Source of the DNA: Erythrobacter sp.
GTDB taxonomy: Bacteria > Pseudomonadota > Alphaproteobacteria > Sphingomonadales > Sphingomonadaceae
Assembly (NCBI RefSeq): GCF_038133525.1
Contig: NZ_JAYPTL010000006.1
Location: 14,280-78,279 of the forward strand
DNA: 64,000 nt
Direction: 5' to 3'
Made by a program: the position numbers and the translations under genes. Each line of letters begins with the position of its first letter. Positions within the stretch are counted from its first letter, which is position 1. Below, piece after piece: positions 50,636 through 61,094 of the stretch. The notes under the pieces were generated by a model. The model was not told the origin of the DNA. It ran no database searches and saw only the letters and a list, made by a program, of their open reading frames with translations.

Positions 50636-50643
50636 CTTCGAGG

Positions 50644-51492
50644 TCAGGCCGCCTTGGCGGGCGCCAAATAGTCGAGCAGCGTCGCCAGCATGTCCTTAAG
50701 CTCGTGGCGGTGGACGACCAGGTCGACCATGCCATGCTTGCGCAGGTACTCGGCGCGCTGGAAACCTTCGGGCAATTGTTCGCGGATCGTATCCTGGATC
50801 ACCCGCTGGCCGGCGAAGCCGATCAGCGCGCCCGGCTCGGCAATGTGGACGTCGCCCAGCATGGCGTAGCTGGCGGTCACGCCGCCCGTAGTCGGATCGG
50901 TCAGCACCACGATATAGGGTAGACCGGCCTCCTTGAGGCGGCGGGTCATGACTGTCGCCTTGGGCATCTGCATCAGTGAAAGGATGCCTTCCTGCATCCG
51001 CGCACCGCCCGCAGCGGTCACCACGATATAGGCGCACTTGCGCGTCAACGCCCGTTCGGCGCCCTGGCAGAATGCGGTGCCTACCGCCATGCCCATGCTG
51101 CCGCCCATGAAGCCGAAGTCCTGCACGCCGACCACCGCCGGCGTGCCCTCGATCGCGCCGGAGCCGACCAGGAAGGCGTCCTCATGCGGGCTGTTCGCGC
51201 GCGCCTTCTTCAGGCGGTCCGTATATTTCTGCGAATCACGGAACTTGAGCGGGTCTTCCTTGACCTGCGGGATCGGCAGGACCTCAAAGCCCTCGTCGAG
51301 CAGCTGGCTGAGACGCTCGTCGGCGCCGATGCGGCCGTGATGGTCGCAGCGCGGGCAGACGAAGGCGTTCTCTTCGTACTCCTGGGCGAAGACCATCTGC
51401 TGGCATCCCGGGCACTTGACCCAGAGATCCTTGTCGGTGCTGCGCTTCGAGCCGAAGCTCAGCGAATTGCGGACGCGGGTGAACCAGTTCAT
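50644..51492 (-). CDS. accD: Acetyl-CoA carboxylase carboxyltransferase beta subunit
   Basis: WVKCPGC...CPRC Zn finger, [32 protein letters not shown]. Confidence 0.97.
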   Translation of the reverse strand: MNWFTRVRNSLSFGSKRSTDKDLWVKCPGCQQMVFAQEYEENAFVCPRCDHHGRIGADERLSQLLDEGFEVLPIPQVKEDPLKFRDSQKYTDRLKKARANSPHEDAFLVGSGAIEGTPAVVGVQDFGFMGGSMGMAVGTAFCQGAERALTRKCAYIVVTAAGGARMQEGILSLMQMPKATVMTRRLKEAGLPYIVVLTDPTTGGVTASYAMLGDVHIAEPGALIGFAGQRVIQDTIREQLPEGFQRAEYLRKHGMVDLVVHRHELKDMLATLLDYLAPAKAA

Positions 51493-51533
51493 GGCTGCGC
51501 CTTAGTCGTCTACGAACCGTAACGAAAGCCCCG

Positions 51534-52313
51534 TCAGCGTGCGTCCACGATGGCCCGCTTGAGCGAAGAGGTCAGCTCGCGAAGCTTTTCCGGGGCGTCG
51601 GCGCCATATTCCCCGACCAGTTCGACCAGCGCGCTGCCGACGACGACACCGTCGGCAACCTTTGCGATCGCACCGGCTTGTTCGGGTGTGCGCACGCCGA
51701 AGCCCACCGCTACGGGCAAGTCGGTTGCCGCCTTCAGCTTGGCCACCGCATCCTCGATGCTTGCCTGCGCAGCCTGCTGGAGCCCGGTGATCCCTGCGAC
51801 CGAGACATAGTAGAGAAAGCCCGATGATCCTTCGAGCACCTGCGGCAGGCGCTTGGCGTCGGTGGTCGGGGTGGCGAGCCGGATTGGCGAGATTCCAGCT
51901 TCACGCAGCGCGGGGCCAAGTTCCTCGTCCTCCTCGGGCGGAATGTCGACGCAGATCACGCCATCGACGCCAGCGTCCTTGGCAGCGGCGGCGAACCATT
52001 CCGCGCCGCGCCGAACCATGGGGTTGGCATAGCCCATCAGCACCAGCGGCACGTCCGGGTGGCGCTGACGGAACTCGGTGGCGATGCGGAAGACGTCGGC
52101 GGTGGCCGTACCGGCACCGAGCGAGCGAAGGTTCGCCGCCTGGATCGCCGGGCCATCGGCCATCGGATCGGTGAAGGGCATGCCAAGTTCGATCACGTCG
52201 GCGCCGCCCTCGACCAACGCGTCGAGATTGGCCGCGGTGTCCCCATCGCCCGCTGTGATGAAGCAGACGAGGGCGGGGTGGGGCTTGGAGAAGGCAGCGG
52301 AGAAGCGGGTCAC
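51534..52313 (-). CDS. trpA: Tryptophan synthase alpha chain
   Basis: FITAGD, ELGMPFTDPMADGPAIQ, MGYANP, YYVSVAGITG, VGFGV, DGVVVGS. Confidence 0.97.
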   Translation of the reverse strand: MTRFSAAFSKPHPALVCFITAGDGDTAANLDALVEGGADVIELGMPFTDPMADGPAIQAANLRSLGAGTATADVFRIATEFRQRHPDVPLVLMGYANPMVRRGAEWFAAAAKDAGVDGVICVDIPPEEDEELGPALREAGISPIRLATPTTDAKRLPQVLEGSSGFLYYVSVAGITGLQQAAQASIEDAVAKLKAATDLPVAVGFGVRTPEQAGAIAKVADGVVVGSALVELVGEYGADAPEKLRELTSSLKRAIVDAR

Positions 52314-52552
52314 GACTGAAAGGCCTTCGGAAAATACCAGCGAAAGAATGACATCGCAGCACCGAAAAGTGCTGCGACAAGAAGGTTTGCAACCCCGAAA
52401 TCCTGACCAGAGATCACAATTCTACCAACAAGCACCACGCCAAATGTCACTAGGAAATAAAGGAGATACGGGCCCCATAACGGCACGAGCTGGGTGTTTT
52501 TAGCGGAAGTGTCGTACCTTCGCTTTCGCGAGCGGTTCTTTCGCCTGCTCAC
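52310..52552 (-). CDS. Hypothetical 80-aa membrane protein inserted between trpB and trpA
   Basis: GTG start overlaps trpB TGA (GTGA); its TGA overlaps trpA GTG (GTGA); basic N-terminus plus two hydrophobic segments. Confidence 0.6.
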   Translation of the reverse strand: MSRRKNRSRKRRYDTSAKNTQLVPLWGPYLLYFLVTFGVVLVGRIVISGQDFGVANLLVAALFGAAMSFFRWYFPKAFQS

Positions 52553-53784
52553 ATCTCCACTCCCAGCTTGTCGGCGACGGTGAAGATGTCCTTGTCTCCC
52601 CGTCCGCACAAATTGCAGAGTATGATGCTGTCTTTCGGCATGGTCGGCGCGACCTTCGCCACAGCGGCAATGGCGTGGCTCGGCTCCAGCGCTGGAATAA
52701 TGCCCTCGGTCCGGCACAGCAGTTGGAAGGCGTCGAGCGCTTCGTCGTCAGTGACGGCGGTGTATTCCACCCGGCCCATGTCCTTGAGCCAGGCGTGCTC
52801 TGGCCCAATGCCGGGATAATCGAGCCCCGCGCTGATCGAGTGACCTTCGGTGATCTGGCCATCCTCGTCCTGCAGCAGGTAGGTCTTGTTGCCATGGAGG
52901 ATGCCGGGGAAGCCGCCGAGCAGGCTTGCCGCGTGCTGATCACCGTCGAGACCATATCCTGCCGCTTCAACGCCGAGCATCTTCACATCGGGATCGTCGA
53001 GGAAGGGGTGGAACAGGCCAAGCGCGTTCGAGCCGCCGCCGATCGCCGCGACCAGCAGGTCAGGCAGGCGGTCGATGCGGCTCAGCATCTGCGCACGCGC
53101 TTCCTTGCCGATGACCGACTGGAAGTCGCGCACCAGCTCCGGATAGGGGTGCGGGCCAGCCGCGGTGCCGATGATGTAGAAAGTGTCGTGGACGTTCGCG
53201 ACCCAATAGCGCAGCGCCTCGTTCATCGCGTCCTTGAGCGTGGCGGCCCCGGCGGTCACCGGCACCACCTCCGCGCCGAGCAGCTTCATGCGGAACACAT
53301 TGGGCGCCTGCCGCGCGACGTCGGTCGCGCCCATGAAGATGGTGCAAGGCAAGCCGAAACGCGCGCAGACCGTGGCCGTGGCAACGCCGTGCTGGCCCGC
53401 GCCGGTCTCCGCGATGATGCGGGTCTTGCCCATGCGCATCGCCAGCAGGATTTGCCCGATGCAATTGTTGATCTTGTGCGCGCCCGTGTGGTTGAGTTCA
53501 TCGCGCTTGAACCAGACCTGCGCGCCGTTGCCCGCTGGAGCATCCTTGCGCAGTTCCTCGGTCAGCCGCTCCGCGAAGTAGAGCGGGCTGGGGCGTCCGA
53601 CATAATGCTCGAGGAGGTCGTCGAACTGCTCCTGGAACGTCGGGTCCGCCTGTGCCTTGCGATACTCCTGCTCAAGATCGAGGATCAGCGGCATTAGCGT
53701 TTCGGCGACATAACGGCCGCCGTAATCGCCGAAATGGCCACGCTCGTCAGGCTGGTTGCGGAAGGTGTTGGGCTGGTTGGTCAT
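52549..53784 (-). CDS. trpB: Tryptophan synthase beta chain
   Basis: [47 protein letters not shown]. Confidence 0.98.
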   Translation of the reverse strand: MTNQPNTFRNQPDERGHFGDYGGRYVAETLMPLILDLEQEYRKAQADPTFQEQFDDLLEHYVGRPSPLYFAERLTEELRKDAPAGNGAQVWFKRDELNHTGAHKINNCIGQILLAMRMGKTRIIAETGAGQHGVATATVCARFGLPCTIFMGATDVARQAPNVFRMKLLGAEVVPVTAGAATLKDAMNEALRYWVANVHDTFYIIGTAAGPHPYPELVRDFQSVIGKEARAQMLSRIDRLPDLLVAAIGGGSNALGLFHPFLDDPDVKMLGVEAAGYGLDGDQHAASLLGGFPGILHGNKTYLLQDEDGQITEGHSISAGLDYPGIGPEHAWLKDMGRVEYTAVTDDEALDAFQLLCRTEGIIPALEPSHAIAAVAKVAPTMPKDSIILCNLCGRGDKDIFTVADKLGVEM

Positions 53785-54425
53785 GATTGGCGAGCCGCTT
53801 TGCAGAAGGCGGCGATCTTGTCCACGTCCTTGATGCCGGGTGCATTTTCTACCCCGCTCGAGGTGTCGACGAGAGGAGCGCCGGTGTGGCGAATGGCATC
53901 ACCCACGTTGTCCGGCGTCAGGCCGCCTGCCAGCCCCCATGGCAAGGTCCCACGATATGTATTCAAAAGCGTCCAGTCGAAGTGCAGGCCCATGCCCCCT
54001 GGCAGGACTGCATCCTTTGGAGTCTTCGCGTCGAACAGGATGAAATCGGCGACTCCGGCATAGTCTGCCGCGCGGCTGATGTCGGTGGCACTGGCCACGC
54101 TCAGCACCTTCCACACCGGCAGGCCAAAGCGGTTGCGCAACTGGGCTGCGCGTTGCGGTGATTCCGTTCCGTGCAACTGGATCGCGTCGAGCCGACCCGC
54201 GGCAACTGCATCTGCAAGCAGCGTATCGTCCGCATCGACGAAGACGCCAACCCGCTGGATCCGGCCTTGCGATAGCTGAGCGAGTTCCACGGCCTGGGCC
54301 ATTGCAATGTGGCGGGGGCTTGGTGGGTAAAAGTTGAGCCCGACATAGTCGGCCCGGGCTTCGATCACTGCCTCAAGCGTATCGAGCGTGGAAATTCCGC
54401 AAATCTTGATCCTGGTGGCCGCCAT
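53781..54425 (-). CDS. trpF: Phosphoribosylanthranilate isomerase
   Basis: [52 protein letters not shown]. Confidence 0.95.
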   Translation of the reverse strand: MAATRIKICGISTLDTLEAVIEARADYVGLNFYPPSPRHIAMAQAVELAQLSQGRIQRVGVFVDADDTLLADAVAAGRLDAIQLHGTESPQRAAQLRNRFGLPVWKVLSVASATDISRAADYAGVADFILFDAKTPKDAVLPGGMGLHFDWTLLNTYRGTLPWGLAGGLTPDNVGDAIRHTGAPLVDTSSGVENAPGIKDVDKIAAFCKAARQS

Positions 54426-54434
54426 GGCGTGCAC

Positions 54435-54941
54435 CTAGACGCGGGAGAGTGGCTTTTCCAGCACCACGAAGGTGATCGGCGGATCGCGCGGGACCGGGAA
54501 AGGCCGGGTTTCGCCGGTCCGGACATAGCCGCGCCGTTCGTACCAGGCGATGAGGACGTCCCGGCTGTCGATCACGGTCATTTCCATTACCTCGATACCG
54601 AACGCACGAGCATTCTCCTCGGCCGCATCGAGCAACTGCCGCCCCAGTCCGGCAGATTGCAGGTCGGGCAGGACGCACAGCATTCCCAGATAGGCAAGCG
54701 AGGCGTCGCGGCGGGTTACTGCGACACATCCGACCAACTCGGTTCCATCACGGGCGACAAGTATCGTTACGCCAGGATCGGCAAGCAGACTCTCGACCTC
54801 ACCGGGTGCGACTCGCTCGTCGTCAAGGATATCGGCTTCGTGGTTCCAACCCCGGCGGGCTGAATCACCGCGGTAGGCGGCTTCGAGGAGATTCTTGAGT
54901 GCGGGAGCATCTTCGAGCGATGCCGTAGCAATCGCGATCAA
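54435..54941 (-). CDS. GNAT family N-acetyltransferase
   Basis: AYRGD..RRGW, YLGMLCV.PDLQSAGLGRQLL, LIAWYERRGY; TTG start overlaps pyrF stop. Confidence 0.88.
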   Translation of the reverse strand: MIAIATASLEDAPALKNLLEAAYRGDSARRGWNHEADILDDERVAPGEVESLLADPGVTILVARDGTELVGCVAVTRRDASLAYLGMLCVLPDLQSAGLGRQLLDAAEENARAFGIEVMEMTVIDSRDVLIAWYERRGYVRTGETRPFPVPRDPPITFVVLEKPLSRV

Positions 54942-55612
54942 AGCGTAGCCTCGATTTCGCGCGCGGCCTGTGCGGGATCGTCTGCGCGGCTGATTGGGCG
55001 ACCGATCACCAGCACGCTGGCCCCGTCATCGCGAGCCTGACGCGGCGTAACTACGCGCTTTTGGTCGCCCACTGCGCTGCCGGCCGGACGCAGTCCGGGA
55101 ACGACGAAGAAGCCGTCTTTCCATTGGTCGTGGACGGCCTTCACTTCGTGACCCGAACAAACGATGCCATCGAGTCCGGCATCATGCGACAATTCGGCAA
55201 GTCGCATCACATGGTCGTGGGCGGTGCCATTGATCCCGGTCCGCTGGAGGTCGCGCGCGTCCATGCTGGTGAGCATGGTTACGCCGACCACCCGGGTATG
55301 TTCACCCGCTGCGGCCTTGGCATCCTCGAGCATTGCTCGCCCGCCGCTAGCATGAACCGTTACGATTGATGGTTCGAGCACATGGATCGCCTGCATTGCG
55401 CCGGCGACTGTGTTTGGAATGTCGTAGAGCTTCAGGTCGAGGAAAATGGGCAGGCCGAGTTGGCCGATCATGTGGACCCCGTGAGCCCCATGTGCACAGA
55501 AAAACTCGAGGCCCAGCTTGATACCGCCCACATGGCCCTTGACCTTCTGGGCGAGATCCATCGCGTCGCGCAGGCGTGGAACGTCTAGGGCAAGGTAGAT
55601 CGGATTGCTCAT
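54938..55612 (-). CDS. pyrF: Orotidine-5'-phosphate decarboxylase
   Basis: LALD, IKLGLEF, FLDLKLYDIPNTV, VTMLTS, VVPGLRP, GDQKRVVTP, IGRPI. Confidence 0.96.
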   Translation of the reverse strand: MSNPIYLALDVPRLRDAMDLAQKVKGHVGGIKLGLEFFCAHGAHGVHMIGQLGLPIFLDLKLYDIPNTVAGAMQAIHVLEPSIVTVHASGGRAMLEDAKAAAGEHTRVVGVTMLTSMDARDLQRTGINGTAHDHVMRLAELSHDAGLDGIVCSGHEVKAVHDQWKDGFFVVPGLRPAGSAVGDQKRVVTPRQARDDGASVLVIGRPISRADDPAQAAREIEATL

Positions 55613-55620
55613 TCGGGGTT

Positions 55621-55953
55621 CTATTTTTCCGGATCGACTGGGTTGGTAGGCTCGGGTGGCAGATCGGCGCTGGATGCCGGAGCGGGGGCGCCGGTGGCTT
55701 GGGCCGTCGCCAGCTTCGTGGTTACAGCTTCGAGTGCGCTAACCCGGCGGTTCATGCGCCATTTCTGCGTGCGATGGATCAGCCACATGGGCAACAGTCC
55801 GAGCAGGAAGGATACAACTACTAGGACGGGCAATTTGGTTTCGAGCACCAGGTTCGACCAGAGATGCACTTCCACCGGGCTCCAGTTGAAGAAGCTGAAC
55901 GCGAGCAGCGCGAACAGCACCAGGGTCCATACGACGGTGCGCACTATCTGCAT
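55621..55953 (-). CDS. LapA-like small membrane protein with Pro/Ala-rich tail
   Basis: Two TMs flanking FSFFNWSPVEV, then basic coiled segment; upstream of pyrF as with E. coli lapA-lapB-pyrF. Confidence 0.65.
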   Translation of the reverse strand: MQIVRTVVWTLVLFALLAFSFFNWSPVEVHLWSNLVLETKLPVLVVVSFLLGLLPMWLIHRTQKWRMNRRVSALEAVTTKLATAQATGAPAPASSADLPPEPTNPVDPEK

Positions 55954-56009
55954 TCGATCAGCTCCCCATTTGCCTTTCCGGCCTTGCTAGGCCGGGGATG
56001 CACAAAGGT

Positions 56010-57320
56010 CTAGCCAAACACCCGCGCGAAAATCGTGTCGACATGCTTGAAGTGATATTCGAGGTCGAACTTTTCCTCGAGTTGCTCGACTGACAAGGCT
56101 GCGGTCACTTCCTCGTCCTGTTTCAGCAGATCGAGCAGCATCAGGCGCCCGTCGGATTCCCAAACCTTCATCGCGTTGCGCTGAACCAGGCGATAGGCAT
56201 CCTCGCGGCTTACGCCCGCCTGGGTCAGTGCCAGCAGGACGCGTTGCGAGTGGATCAGCCCGCCCATGCGATCCATGTTGGCCTGCATACGCTCCGGGTA
56301 GACCAGCAGTTTGTCGACCACGCCGGTGAGGCGAGCGAGTGCGAAGTCGAGCGTGATAGTCGCATCCGGCCCGATGAAGCGCTCGACCGAGGAATGCGAA
56401 ATATCGCGCTCGTGCCACAGCGCTACGTTTTCCAGAGCGGGCAGGGCGTAGGCGCGGATCATGCGTGCCTGACCCGTAAGGTTCTCGGTCAGGATCGGAT
56501 TGCGCTTGTGCGGCATCGCCGACGAACCCTTCTGGCCGGGCGAGAAATATTCCTCCGCTTCGAGCACTTCGGTCCGTTGCAGATGGCGGATCTCCACCGC
56601 GAGCCGCTCGATCGAGCCGGCGATCACCGCAAGGGTAGAGAAATACATCGCGTGCCGGTCGCGCGGGATAACTTGGGTCGAAACGGGCTCCACAGTCAGG
56701 CCCATCTTCTCGGCCACGTATTCTTCCACCGATGGATCGATATTGGCGAAGGTGCCCACTGCACCGCTGATCGCGCAGGTCGCGATTTCGGCGCGGGCGG
56801 CGAGGAGCCGCTTCTTGCAGCGATCGAACTCGGCATAGGCCTGCGCCAGTTTGAGGCCGAAGGTCACGGGTTCGGCATGGATGCCGTGGCTGCGGCCGAT
56901 GGTCGGTGTGTATTTGTGCTCTTCGGCGCGGCGACGGATGGCGGCGAGCAGCGCGTCAAGATCGGCGAGCAGCATGTCCGACGCGCGGGCAAGTTGCACC
57001 GCAAGGGTCGTGTCGAGCACATCGCTGCTGGTCATGCCCTGGTGCATGAAGCGCGCTTCGTCGCCAACGTTTTCCGCCACCCAGGTGAGGAAGGCGATGA
57101 CATCGTGCTTGGTAACAGCTTCGATCGCATCGATGGCTGCCACGTCGATCGTCGGATTGGTCGCCCACCAATCCCACAAGGCCTTGGCCGCGCTCTTGGG
57201 CACTACTCCCAGCTCGCCCAGCTTTTCCGTCGCATGTGCCTCGATCTCGAACCAGATGCGGTACTTCGCTTCCGGCTCCCAAAGGGCGGTCATTTCGGGG
57301 CGGGCGTAGCGAGGGACCAT
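56010..57320 (-). CDS. purB: Adenylosuccinate lyase
   Basis: MVPRYARP, TKHDVIAF, HQGMTSSD, GRSHGIHAEP, GSSAMPHKRNP, LWHERDISHSSVER. Confidence 0.97.
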   Translation of the reverse strand: MVPRYARPEMTALWEPEAKYRIWFEIEAHATEKLGELGVVPKSAAKALWDWWATNPTIDVAAIDAIEAVTKHDVIAFLTWVAENVGDEARFMHQGMTSSDVLDTTLAVQLARASDMLLADLDALLAAIRRRAEEHKYTPTIGRSHGIHAEPVTFGLKLAQAYAEFDRCKKRLLAARAEIATCAISGAVGTFANIDPSVEEYVAEKMGLTVEPVSTQVIPRDRHAMYFSTLAVIAGSIERLAVEIRHLQRTEVLEAEEYFSPGQKGSSAMPHKRNPILTENLTGQARMIRAYALPALENVALWHERDISHSSVERFIGPDATITLDFALARLTGVVDKLLVYPERMQANMDRMGGLIHSQRVLLALTQAGVSREDAYRLVQRNAMKVWESDGRLMLLDLLKQDEEVTAALSVEQLEEKFDLEYHFKHVDTIFARVFG

Positions 57321-57523
57321 GGGTGGCTGAACTCCGTCTGGGATGGCGGCGGGAAACTTGGCGCAGCCGCTAGGCGCGAAGCGCCCGAATCGCAACCCCG
57401 GCGGGCCGACAGGGGCGCAACTGCGACCAGCAGTCCCTCAAGTTGGACCGTGCATTGCCCACGATAGATCGATTGCAATTCGCTTAATGAAGTATAGTCT
57501 TCGAAAAAATACAAATGGGGGAA

Positions 57524-60316
57524 ATGTCTGTGAAGCTTGGGTTCTTCCTCGCATCGGCCGCGTCAATAGTAATCGCCGCCCCTGCCATTGCAGGCGATAC
57601 TGTAAGGTTTGAAGCTGCGCCCGATTGGGTAGTCCCGGTGGACTTCAATACTGCTGCGGCCAAGAAGGAAGAAATTGTCGTCTTCGATCGCCAATTGCGG
57701 CTCGAGGGTGGGGTGGTCCAGCGTTACACGGACGTGGCCTATGATATTCGCAATGCGGAAGTACTGTCCAAACTGGGTACCCTGCAGTTCGGATGGTTGC
57801 CCGACAAAGGCGACCTCATCTTGCACCGACTTGAAATCATACGTGATGGCAAGGTCATCGACCTGATCGCGGAAGGCGTTGAGCCTGAAGTCATTCGGCG
57901 CGAAACCGAACTCGAGCGACGCACGGTGAATGGCGCGCTGACGGCGCTGTTCAAGATTCCCGGCATCAAGGTGGGCGACATCCTGCGCTTTTCCAGCAGC
58001 ACGACGAATCGCGACCAGGCGCTGGCGGGCGCAATGCAGGCGACGGAAGTGCTTACTTCAAAGCCGACCCGGCTGGGCTTTGGGCGCCTGCGAATGTCGT
58101 GGCCCAGCGATTCGGGTGTGCACTATGCCATGCTGGGACAATCTCCCGTGCCGGACGTGAGCGATGCCAATGGCTTTCGGACGGTCGAACTGATTCTCCC
58201 GATCGACAAACTCGAAGAGATGCCCAAAGACGCACCCTCCCGGTTTCGGGTGCCTCCGGCCATTATGACTGGCACTTTTGCGACATGGTCCGATGTGTCG
58301 TCAATCATGGCGCCCCACTACGTCACCGAAGGCAGCATTCCGGCGGGCAGCCCCCTGGCCGCCGAGGTCGAACGAATTCGCGCGGCAACCAGCGATCCGC
58401 TGGAGCGGGCCGCGCTCGCGCTTCGATCGGTTCAGGACGAAATCAATTATCTTCTGAACGGCATGGATGGCGGAAACTACCTTCCACAAGCACCAATTGA
58501 GACCTGGACGCTTCGCTATGGCGACTGCAAGGCCAAGACCCTGCTGCTGCTCGCCATGCTTCGCGCGCTCGACATCGAAGCCGAAGCGGCAATGGTCAAT
58601 TCGGACAGCGGGGATGCCGTTTCTGTCTGGCAGCCCTTGCCTGGTGCGTTCGATCACGTGCTGGTTAAGGCGACTATCGACGGGACCGAGTATTGGCTCG
58701 ATGGCACCGGTGCAGGGACCCGGATCGATACGATGTGGGAGGTGCCGAACTTCGCATATGCCCTGCCAATCCGTGATAACGGTGCGGAGCTGATGAAACT
58801 GGAGCAGCGGTGGCCAAAGGTTGCGGATCGAACCTATCGTATCCTGTACGACTTCAGCCGCGGGGTCGATCTTCCAGCGCTTTACGATATCGAGGTTGAG
58901 ACCCGTGGATCGCTGGCCGCGCGGATGGCGGCGCGAGCCACAGAAACCGACCGCAAGTCCATCCTGGGCTATGCTCAAAAGTATCTAGAGGATGTCTTCG
59001 ACAGCGTCGTTTACGATGCGGCCTATAGCTACGACCCTGCAACGGGCGTCGCCAAGCTGAATGCGAAGGGCATTCTGGTGGAGCCGTTCGGGCTGGAGCG
59101 CGACGTCGCAACCCACACGATCTATACTGCGTCCACCAACTGGGTGTTCGATCCTGATCGCGGGCGGTCGGCCTGGCGGGCCATTCCATACATGACCGGT
59201 GGGCCGATGACCTCTGCGGAGGAGGTTGTGTTCCTGCTTCCCGACGATGGGAAGGGCGCCGAACTGACCGGCACCGGTAACCTCGAGGAGCAGGTCGTCG
59301 CTGGTACGCGTTTCAAGCGAGAACTGGCCTTCGATGGTGGCAGCGTGGCCGTGAAGGACTGGGCGAGCTATGTGCCTACCGAAATCGCTCCGTCGGACAT
59401 TCCGACGGCCAAGGCTGCCATGCGCACGCTTTCGAGCGCGGATCCGTCGATTCGGATCACCGAGCCCCGGCGCTATTGGGAGCTTGATGATGCGGAATTG
59501 ACCAAGCGCATGAAGGGGCTGATCGAACCGGCGGGATCGCTCGTCGAACTGTTGCCGGACGAGGCTGGCTACTACCAGTTTCGTAGCGCCCTCCACGCAA
59601 TGGGACGGGATTTCAAGGCAGCTCTGGTCGACATCGACAAGGCGATTGCGATTGCCGGTAACGCCGACGCCTATGACTCGCGAGCCGATATCCTAACTCA
59701 GGCTGGTAGGCTCGATGAGGCGGCAGAGGCCGCGGGCATGGCTTATGAGCTCAAGGGTGACCTGGCGAGCGCCGCCTCCTACGCTGGCTCCTTGGCATTG
59801 GCTGGGCGAACCGACGAGGCTTTGGCGGTGCTCGACGCCATCGACGTGAGCGGGGACGAGATGTCCGAAGTCGCGCAGGTTTTCGCCGAGATTGCGGGCC
59901 CCACCGAAAGGAATGAAGAGGCGTGGAGAAAGCTAGAAGATGCGCTGGCCGAACGGCCGGGCGACGAGCTGTTGCTCAACTCACAATGCTGGTTCGTCGG
60001 TACCTGGAACTATCGCATCGATGAAGGCGAACAGCTCTGCGACAAGGCGGTGAAGGCAGGCAACTATTCGGCAGGGGTGTTGGACAGCCGAGCGCTGGTA
60101 TTTCACCGGTTGGGCCGGGAGGAAGATGCGCTCGAAGATCTGGAAGCGGCGCTGAAGAAGGAGCCCGGACAGGCGGCGAGCCTCTATTTGCGGGGTATCA
60201 TCCGGCTGGGCCGGGGCGAAACCGATGGCAAGACGGATATCGAGCACGCCCTTCGACTTTCACCCGATATCGCCACTCGTTACCGGCGCTATGGGATAGC
60301 CGCGCCGAAGCGCTGA
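57524..60316 (+). CDS. Secreted DUF3857 + transglutaminase-like + TPR protein
   Basis: Signal peptide; Cys-His-Asp triad in RYGDCKAKT, FDHVLV, YWLDGT; C-terminal TPR-like helices (LDSRALVFHRLG, SLYLRGII). Confidence 0.82.
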   Translation: MSVKLGFFLASAASIVIAAPAIAGDTVRFEAAPDWVVPVDFNTAAAKKEEIVVFDRQLRLEGGVVQRYTDVAYDIRNAEVLSKLGTLQFGWLPDKGDLILHRLEIIRDGKVIDLIAEGVEPEVIRRETELERRTVNGALTALFKIPGIKVGDILRFSSSTTNRDQALAGAMQATEVLTSKPTRLGFGRLRMSWPSDSGVHYAMLGQSPVPDVSDANGFRTVELILPIDKLEEMPKDAPSRFRVPPAIMTGTFATWSDVSSIMAPHYVTEGSIPAGSPLAAEVERIRAATSDPLERAALALRSVQDEINYLLNGMDGGNYLPQAPIETWTLRYGDCKAKTLLLLAMLRALDIEAEAAMVNSDSGDAVSVWQPLPGAFDHVLVKATIDGTEYWLDGTGAGTRIDTMWEVPNFAYALPIRDNGAELMKLEQRWPKVADRTYRILYDFSRGVDLPALYDIEVETRGSLAARMAARATETDRKSILGYAQKYLEDVFDSVVYDAAYSYDPATGVAKLNAKGILVEPFGLERDVATHTIYTASTNWVFDPDRGRSAWRAIPYMTGGPMTSAEEVVFLLPDDGKGAELTGTGNLEEQVVAGTRFKRELAFDGGSVAVKDWASYVPTEIAPSDIPTAKAAMRTLSSADPSIRITEPRRYWELDDAELTKRMKGLIEPAGSLVELLPDEAGYYQFRSALHAMGRDFKAALVDIDKAIAIAGNADAYDSRADILTQAGRLDEAAEAAGMAYELKGDLASAASYAGSLALAGRTDEALAVLDAIDVSGDEMSEVAQVFAEIAGPTERNEEAWRKLEDALAERPGDELLLNSQCWFVGTWNYRIDEGEQLCDKAVKAGNYSAGVLDSRALVFHRLGREEDALEDLEAALKKEPGQAASLYLRGIIRLGRGETDGKTDIEHALRLSPDIATRYRRYGIAAPKR

Positions 60317-60323
60317 TGCGCGG

Positions 60324-61022
60324 CTAGATCAAGCCTTTGCCGCGCAACGAGACGTGGCCTTGGCGTCCAACGATCACGTGATCGTGGACGGTGACGCCGA
60401 GCAATCGCCCTGCCTCGGCGATCCGTTGGGTGATCTGGATATCCGCGCGGCTGGGCTGCGGATTGCCGCTGGGGTGGTTGTGAACCAGGATGAGCGCGGT
60501 TGCGCCAATGTCGAAGGCTTTGCGGATGACCTCGCGTGGATGGATCGCTGCTTCGTCGATCGAGCCATCGCCGACGTGGTGGTCAAGGATCAGGCAGTTC
60601 TGCGCATTTAGGTACAACACGCGCACTCGCTCCACGGTCAAATGCGCCATGTCGATCGCAAGGTAGTCGAGCAGTGCCTGCCAACTGCCCAGCACAGGCT
60701 TGTTTTCTATTTCGCCCCTGGCCATTCGCCGCGCTGCAAGCGCCACCGCATAGAGTGAGGCTGCGCTCTTGTCGCCCATGCCCTTGACCTGCGCCAGAAC
60801 CTCCGGCGCGGCATTCAACACGGCTGAGAGCGAACCGAATTGTGCGATCAGGACCTTCGCCAGAGGCTTGGTATCGCCTTGCCGGAAAGCCGCGAAAAGC
60901 AGGAATTCGAGCAGCTCATAGTCGGCCAGTGCTTCGGCTCCACCGCGCAACAGGCGTTCCCGCAAGCGTTCGCGGTGGCCGATGCCATCATGGGCAGAGG
61001 AAATATTTGCACTGTCCGGCAA
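60324..61022 (-). CDS. radC: RadC family JAB/MPN domain protein
   Basis: GHRERLRERLL, ELLEFLL, ERVRVLYLN, IHPREV, LVHNHPSG.P.PS.AD, VHDHVIVG; start (TTG 61022) uncertain. Confidence 0.92.
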   Translation of the reverse strand: MPDSANISSAHDGIGHRERLRERLLRGGAEALADYELLEFLLFAAFRQGDTKPLAKVLIAQFGSLSAVLNAAPEVLAQVKGMGDKSAASLYAVALAARRMARGEIENKPVLGSWQALLDYLAIDMAHLTVERVRVLYLNAQNCLILDHHVGDGSIDEAAIHPREVIRKAFDIGATALILVHNHPSGNPQPSRADIQITQRIAEAGRLLGVTVHDHVIVGRQGHVSLRGKGLI

Positions 61023-61094
61023 CCAAACCCCCAGCCTTAGCGTTTCAGTGACTTGCATTGCCTTTGGCGCGGCTAGCGCGCAAGTGTGGGATCG

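Noticed and set aside
60324-61022. radC as a marker of a mobile element or anti-restriction module
   Set aside because: Full-length chromosomal-type RadC near purB, with no mobile genes around it
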